Part shown: one piece after another, positions 27,928 to 32,000 of the stretch | Layout of the letters: every line of letters starts with the position of its first letter | Position numbering within the stretch: the first letter of the stretch is position 1 | Source: Wallemia ichthyophaga EXF-994 | Taxonomy: Eukaryota; Fungi; Basidiomycota | Direction: 5' to 3' | Length of the DNA stretch: 32,000 nucleotides | NCBI RefSeq assembly: GCF_000400465.1 | Contig: NW_008806274.1 | Coordinates: 180,244 to 212,243, forward strand | Translations under genes and position numbers: made by a program | Notes under the pieces: generated by a model | Databases searched by the model: none | Seen by the model: the letters and a program-made list of their open reading frames with translations, nothing else | Told to the model about the DNA's origin: nothing

Positions 27928-29099
27928 ATGTCCACTGAAGCCAAGCCACTCCCTCAAGGTGCTGATTTGTTCGGAAGAGTGAGTTGAATGATTTGGTCTT
28001 CTTCTTTACTGACCATGTCCTTTAGTTCGCTTTAGCTGGGTGAGTTGGCTGCGTTGTCTGCTAAAACCAATCTCACGCCATTTTAAGTGCTCTCTGTGTG
28101 AGTTTTTGAGGCTTAGGCACGCGGCAACATTCACGCTAACACGCTCCAGTGCGCTATCACCCACGGTGGTGCTACCCCAATCGATGTCGTCAAGACTAGA
28201 ATCCAACTTGAGCCAGAGACCTACAGAGGTGGTATGCTCAAGTCTTTCCGTCAAATCGCCTCAACTGAAGTGAGTTGAGTCGTTTTACTGCCTTGTCCCC
28301 CCTAACTCGTCTTGAAAGGGCCCAGGCGCTCTCCTTACTGGTGTCGGTCCAACCTTCGCTGGTTACTTCCTCCAAGGTGCCTTCAAGTTCGGTGGTTACG
28401 AATTTTTCAAAAAGCAATCCATCGATTACGTCGGTGTCGAAAACGCAAAGGCCAACAGAACCGCCATTTACCTCGGTTCTGCAGGTACCGCTGAGTTCTT
28501 CGCCAGTATCGCCCTCTGTCCACTTGAAGCAACAAGAATCCGTCTTGTCTCTCAACCAACTTTTGCTTCCGGTTTGATGACTGGCTTGCCAAAGATCATG
28601 TCCCAAGAGGGTGTTAGCGCACTCTATGCTGGTTTCGGACCAATCCTCTTCAAGCAAATCCCATACACCATGGCCAAGTTTGCTGTTTTCGAGAGAGTCT
28701 CTGAGATGGCTATCCAGGCTTACGGTAAGCCAAAGGCCTCTTTGAGTGGTACCGAATCAAACTCCATCAACCTCGGTTGTGGTTTGGTTGCCGGTATGGC
28801 CTCTGCTGTTATTTCTCAACCAGCGGACACTCTCCTTTCCAAGATCAACAAGACTCAAGCTAAGGTTGGTGAGAGCACCACATCTAGATTGGTTGGCTTG
28901 GCTGGTCAACTCGGTATGGGTGGTATGTTCTCTGGTATTGGTACCCGTCTTGTTATGGTTGGTAGTATCACTGCTGTAAGTGGACTACTTTGCTGCTGTC
29001 GTTATGCCCATCTAACCCAACTCACAGGGTCAATTTGCCCTCAACGGATCCTTCAAGGACCTCATGAACGCAAAGGGTGGTGTCGAAATCTCCAAGTAG
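27928..29099 (+). CDS. MIR1: Mitochondrial phosphate carrier, 6 exons (27928-27978, 28026-28039, 28088-28097, 28150-28269, 28319-28975, 29028-29099)
   Basis: Splicing gives FALAGALCCAITHGGATPIDVVKTRIQ, GYFLQGAFKFGGYEFFK, CPLEATRIRLVSQP, PILFKQIPYTMAKF, ISQPADTLLSKINK, GTRLVMVGSITA|GQF. Five GT-AG introns. Confidence 0.96.
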
Positions 29100-29185
29100 A
29101 TTTGATTCTAGATATTATTTCATTTTCAACATACATCTTCTTCAAACACGCGTGTTAAGCGTGTGCCTTAGGAATTAATCTTTGC

Positions 29186-30254
29186 TCATATTCCACTTCG
29201 ATTGCGCATTGGCGGTGTGTCTGAGCCCTGGCGAGTCTTGGTTCCATGTCAGCAATTTTAGCCTTTTTAAAATGCTAGCTTACATAACTCTCACGCCGTG
29301 GAGATGGTGATCGATATCTGCGAGGTGGTGATCTTGATAGCCGTGTTTGATACTATGAGAGATATGAGTTGGGCTTGCATTTCACAATCAACATTCTAAA
29401 CTCACTCCCTCATTGTGCGTGTGTCTGTCTCTGTATTCTGGCGTTGGTAATCTATCGCGCTGTGAGGGTGGTATTAGTATGAAAGTGAGCGCAAATATGC
29501 ATATTATGCATATTGTCTGCGTAACACCCACGCCATATGGCTCTCTGTATTCTGGCGTGCGAGAGTCAGCTCTGTCGCGTCTAGGAGTGGGTGGGGGTGA
29601 TCTGCGAGAGTGAGCAGGGTAAGCAGGGCGAGACGGTGATCTGGATCTGCTGCGTCTTGTGTATTTAATGTTATCTGATTGGTTGTAGCTGTCTCTGTGG
29701 CTAGCACCAGGACCACCTCTAACACCTTTACCGCCTCTGCCTCCCCTTCCACCCCTTGCGCCGCGCCCTCTATCACCCCTCCTATAATCAGCATCTGCGT
29801 AGCTTCTCCTAATCTCGTCTCTTTCCCTAGCTCGGCTCTCGTCGTGCTCCCTCTTAGCCACGATCTCCCGCTTCTTCTGCTCGAGCCATTGGGGCGGAAT
29901 GCCCATTTGGGAGTGCTGCGCCGTGACGAGCAATCCCCACAGCTCTTCCATGAATTGCGCCGTGTGGCTCTCGAGAAAGCCCGTGAGCGATATCTGCACA
30001 TGACGCGGATCAGGGAATTGGGCAGCTTCGAGCATATCGAGGATATATTCGATAACGATGTCGTCCTCGAAGCCGAGCGCATCCACCACACGCTCCGTCA
30101 CCCATCCGCGGAAGACAGTGAGGTTCACGCGGCGCATGTCCACCCGTGTGCTGAACGAGGGCGGGAACTGCGTTGTGCGCAGTGTGTGCAGGTCTTTATC
30201 GCGATACTTGCGGTCCTTTTCCGCTGATACTCCTGTCAGGCCTGCGTCCGGCAT
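29186..30254 (-). CDS. PWI-domain RS-rich splicing coactivator (SRm160/SRRM1-like), 4 exons (30254-29532, 29459-29406, 29352-29284, 29236-29186)
   Basis: PWI domain QFPPSFSTRVDMRRVNL..FRGWVTERVVDALGFEDDIVIEY...PDPRHVQISLTGFLE....FMEELWGLLVTAQ...GIP; RS/RGG/SP-rich tail. Introns 29531-29460, 29405-29353 and 29283-29237. Confidence 0.88.
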
Positions 30255-30318
30255 TTCGTCGTTGGCGGTTAACGGTCGACCGTCAACAGCCAGCACCTAC
30301 CACCTACAGCTATCAGAT

Positions 30319-31180
30319 ATGCCACACAAGAGAGCTAAGAGGAGCGTGCGCGAGAAGAATACTAAGGATACGTGGGTGCGAGCTGTGCGTGGTGTGCTTT
30401 GCGCTAACCCACTCGCTCACCAACAGCGGGTTCAATAACGCCCCAAGTGGCTATCGTATCGACAGAGAAGAACTGCCAAAAGGCGCCATGCGGATTCTTA
30501 TGGGTGGTCAGATCCAGGCTGACTATCGCGATAAGAAGAATAAACGGAAGCGTGATGCAGACGATGCGAACGAAAAGGAGAAAGCTGATGTGGGTGGTAA
30601 TAGAAAAAAGACTGAGAATTCTCAGCTTACAGCTCACAAACAGCTCAAAATACGCCCCGAAGAACGCCTGAAAGACTACAATCGCCGTATCGATAACAAA
30701 ATGCGCAAAGATATCAACAGCACTATCAAGAGCCACTCGTCGGAGAAAACGGCCAAGCAGATGAACAAGAAGATGCAAGACGAGGATGCCAAGAGGAAAG
30801 AGAAGGCGGAGAAGAAGGCAAAGACGAAATCAGACAAGCTTGAGAAGAAGAGAGAGGAAGAGACGGTCACAGCAGCAGGCTCACAATCTGATTCAGACGG
30901 TGAGACTATCCAGCCCCCTAGAGATTTCGCTGGTGCTGAACGGGTGCGTCTCAATGACGTCGCACAAGCACCGCCTTCTCTCCCGCGGATGAATCGCCAG
31001 GCCAAACGATTCGGTGTGGAGGATTCGAATGCAGGCAGCAGAGTGGGCACACCCCTTATGCGTCAGCTTGAACTGGAGAAAGAACGTGCGCGCGTCATCA
31101 GTCTTTATCGCGCTCAGAAAGGCAAGCGTCTGGAGAATTGGGTGAGCAGCAAGGAAGAAGCAGAAGCACAAGTCGAGTGA
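30319..31180 (+). CDS. Conserved-looking basic (Lys/Arg/Glu-rich) hypothetical nuclear protein, 2 exons (30319-30371, 30427-31180)
   Basis: MPHKRAKRSVRE start; intron 30372-30426 (GTGGGT...GCTAAC...CAG) joins in frame; motifs LPKGAMRIL, LKIRPEERLKDYNRRID, RLNDVAQAPPSL, ERARVISLYRAQK. Confidence 0.75.
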
Positions 31181-31248
31181 TGGCTTGGATTATATAATAA
31201 CTTATTCATTTCATTTCTCTTCTCATAATATACTCGATGGTTGCACAC

Positions 31249-31919
31249 TCAAGCATCATCCACTTCGCGCGTAGACTTGTTGAGGAAATTCCAGAAGTAC
31301 CGCGCTTGAAACACGCCTGCACTGTCAAAGAGATCGGGGTAGGGTATACTGCTGAGAGATTTCTTCGCATTGATCAGGCTCTTGCCCCCATTAGCTGTGC
31401 GTCTATAAGACAATTTGATTTCGTACTTGGGACAAGTATTTGCGCTGTGACTTGCTGGAATGGTAGTAGAGCGTATCTGTACGCTCGACGTCTCTATGCG
31501 TCCCTGTAGTGTCTTGCGTCTGCCCGTAAACACCTTATTGGAAATGACCAATTTAGCGTGCAACCAGAGGAGTGCACTGAGAATAGTGTATATTGACACC
31601 GCTACTCCAACCGCCTCCTTGGATTCCTCGAATGGGACCGTGTATGACCACGCGCAGACGCCGCCGCCAATTATACACGCTATCCAGCCCACTACGAGCT
31701 GTACATCAGTGTGTCTGTATGACTGCTTGTAGCCATGGGACGTTGTCAGTATCTGTAGGAGCTCTTTAGAATCACTGTCGCTGAGACTCCCCGGCTCACC
31801 CTCTTGACGGCATCGTCGCACGTCAGCTTAGCTGCTGTCAAATCAAGCGGGTTTATCACTATCTTCTCATCCTCATCCTCTTTTGGTGGTGGCGTCGGTG
31901 CTTTTTCGTTTACAGACAT
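31249..31919 (-). CDS. SPC2: Signal peptidase complex subunit 2 (SPC25 family), 2 exons (31919-31800, 31752-31249)
   Basis: [10 protein letters not shown]|[23 protein letters not shown], two TM helices, [18 protein letters not shown]. Intron 31799-31753. Confidence 0.85.
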
Positions 31920-32000
31920 GTGCTGGCTGGTGGTGTGAGATAGAGGAACGTTCGGACAAATCAAAACAAAATAAATCATAGCGTTATTAGAAACATTAGC

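Noticed and set aside
1-32000. tRNA, rRNA, snRNA, transposon, LTR/TIR or CRISPR-like arrays
   Set aside because: No A/B-box cloverleaf, rRNA or snRNA signature, transposase or RT motif, or repeat-spacer array was seen; the sequence is eukaryotic and almost fully explained by genes.

Overview
Eukaryotic (fungal) genomic DNA, most consistent with a very compact basidiomycete such as Wallemia (inference from gene density, short GT-AG introns and protein sequence style). I reconstructed 22 protein-coding genes by hand-splicing, with introns of about 41-72 nt: RPC34, ALT1, a GPI-anchored Ser/Thr-rich wall protein, HIS3, a GT32 glycosyltransferase, CAC2, ISD11, MND1 (7 exons, largely missed by the ORF track), a G1-type cyclin, NUG1, GPI11, HNT1, SUB1/PC4, an FHA-forkhead FHL1-like factor, an HSL-family esterase, QCR8, MIR1, a PWI/SRm160-like splicing factor, SPC2 and several hypothetical proteins. 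I found no tRNA, rRNA, transposon or CRISPR array. Most notable observations: an FHL1-like factor with an intact FHA domain but a forkhead recognition helix lacking the usual base-contacting residues; a start codon created only by splicing (A|TG); a GT32 enzyme with E-P-D in place of DxD; an in-frame, stop-free intron encoding a hydrophobic segment in a splicing-factor gene; an HNT1 upstream in-frame ATG adding a signal-peptide-like extension; a NUG1 apparently lacking its N-terminal Grn1 domain; and extreme gene packing (head-to-head starts 32-64 bp apart, 3-25 nt micro-exons). All gene models are manual and were not checked by database search or RNA data.
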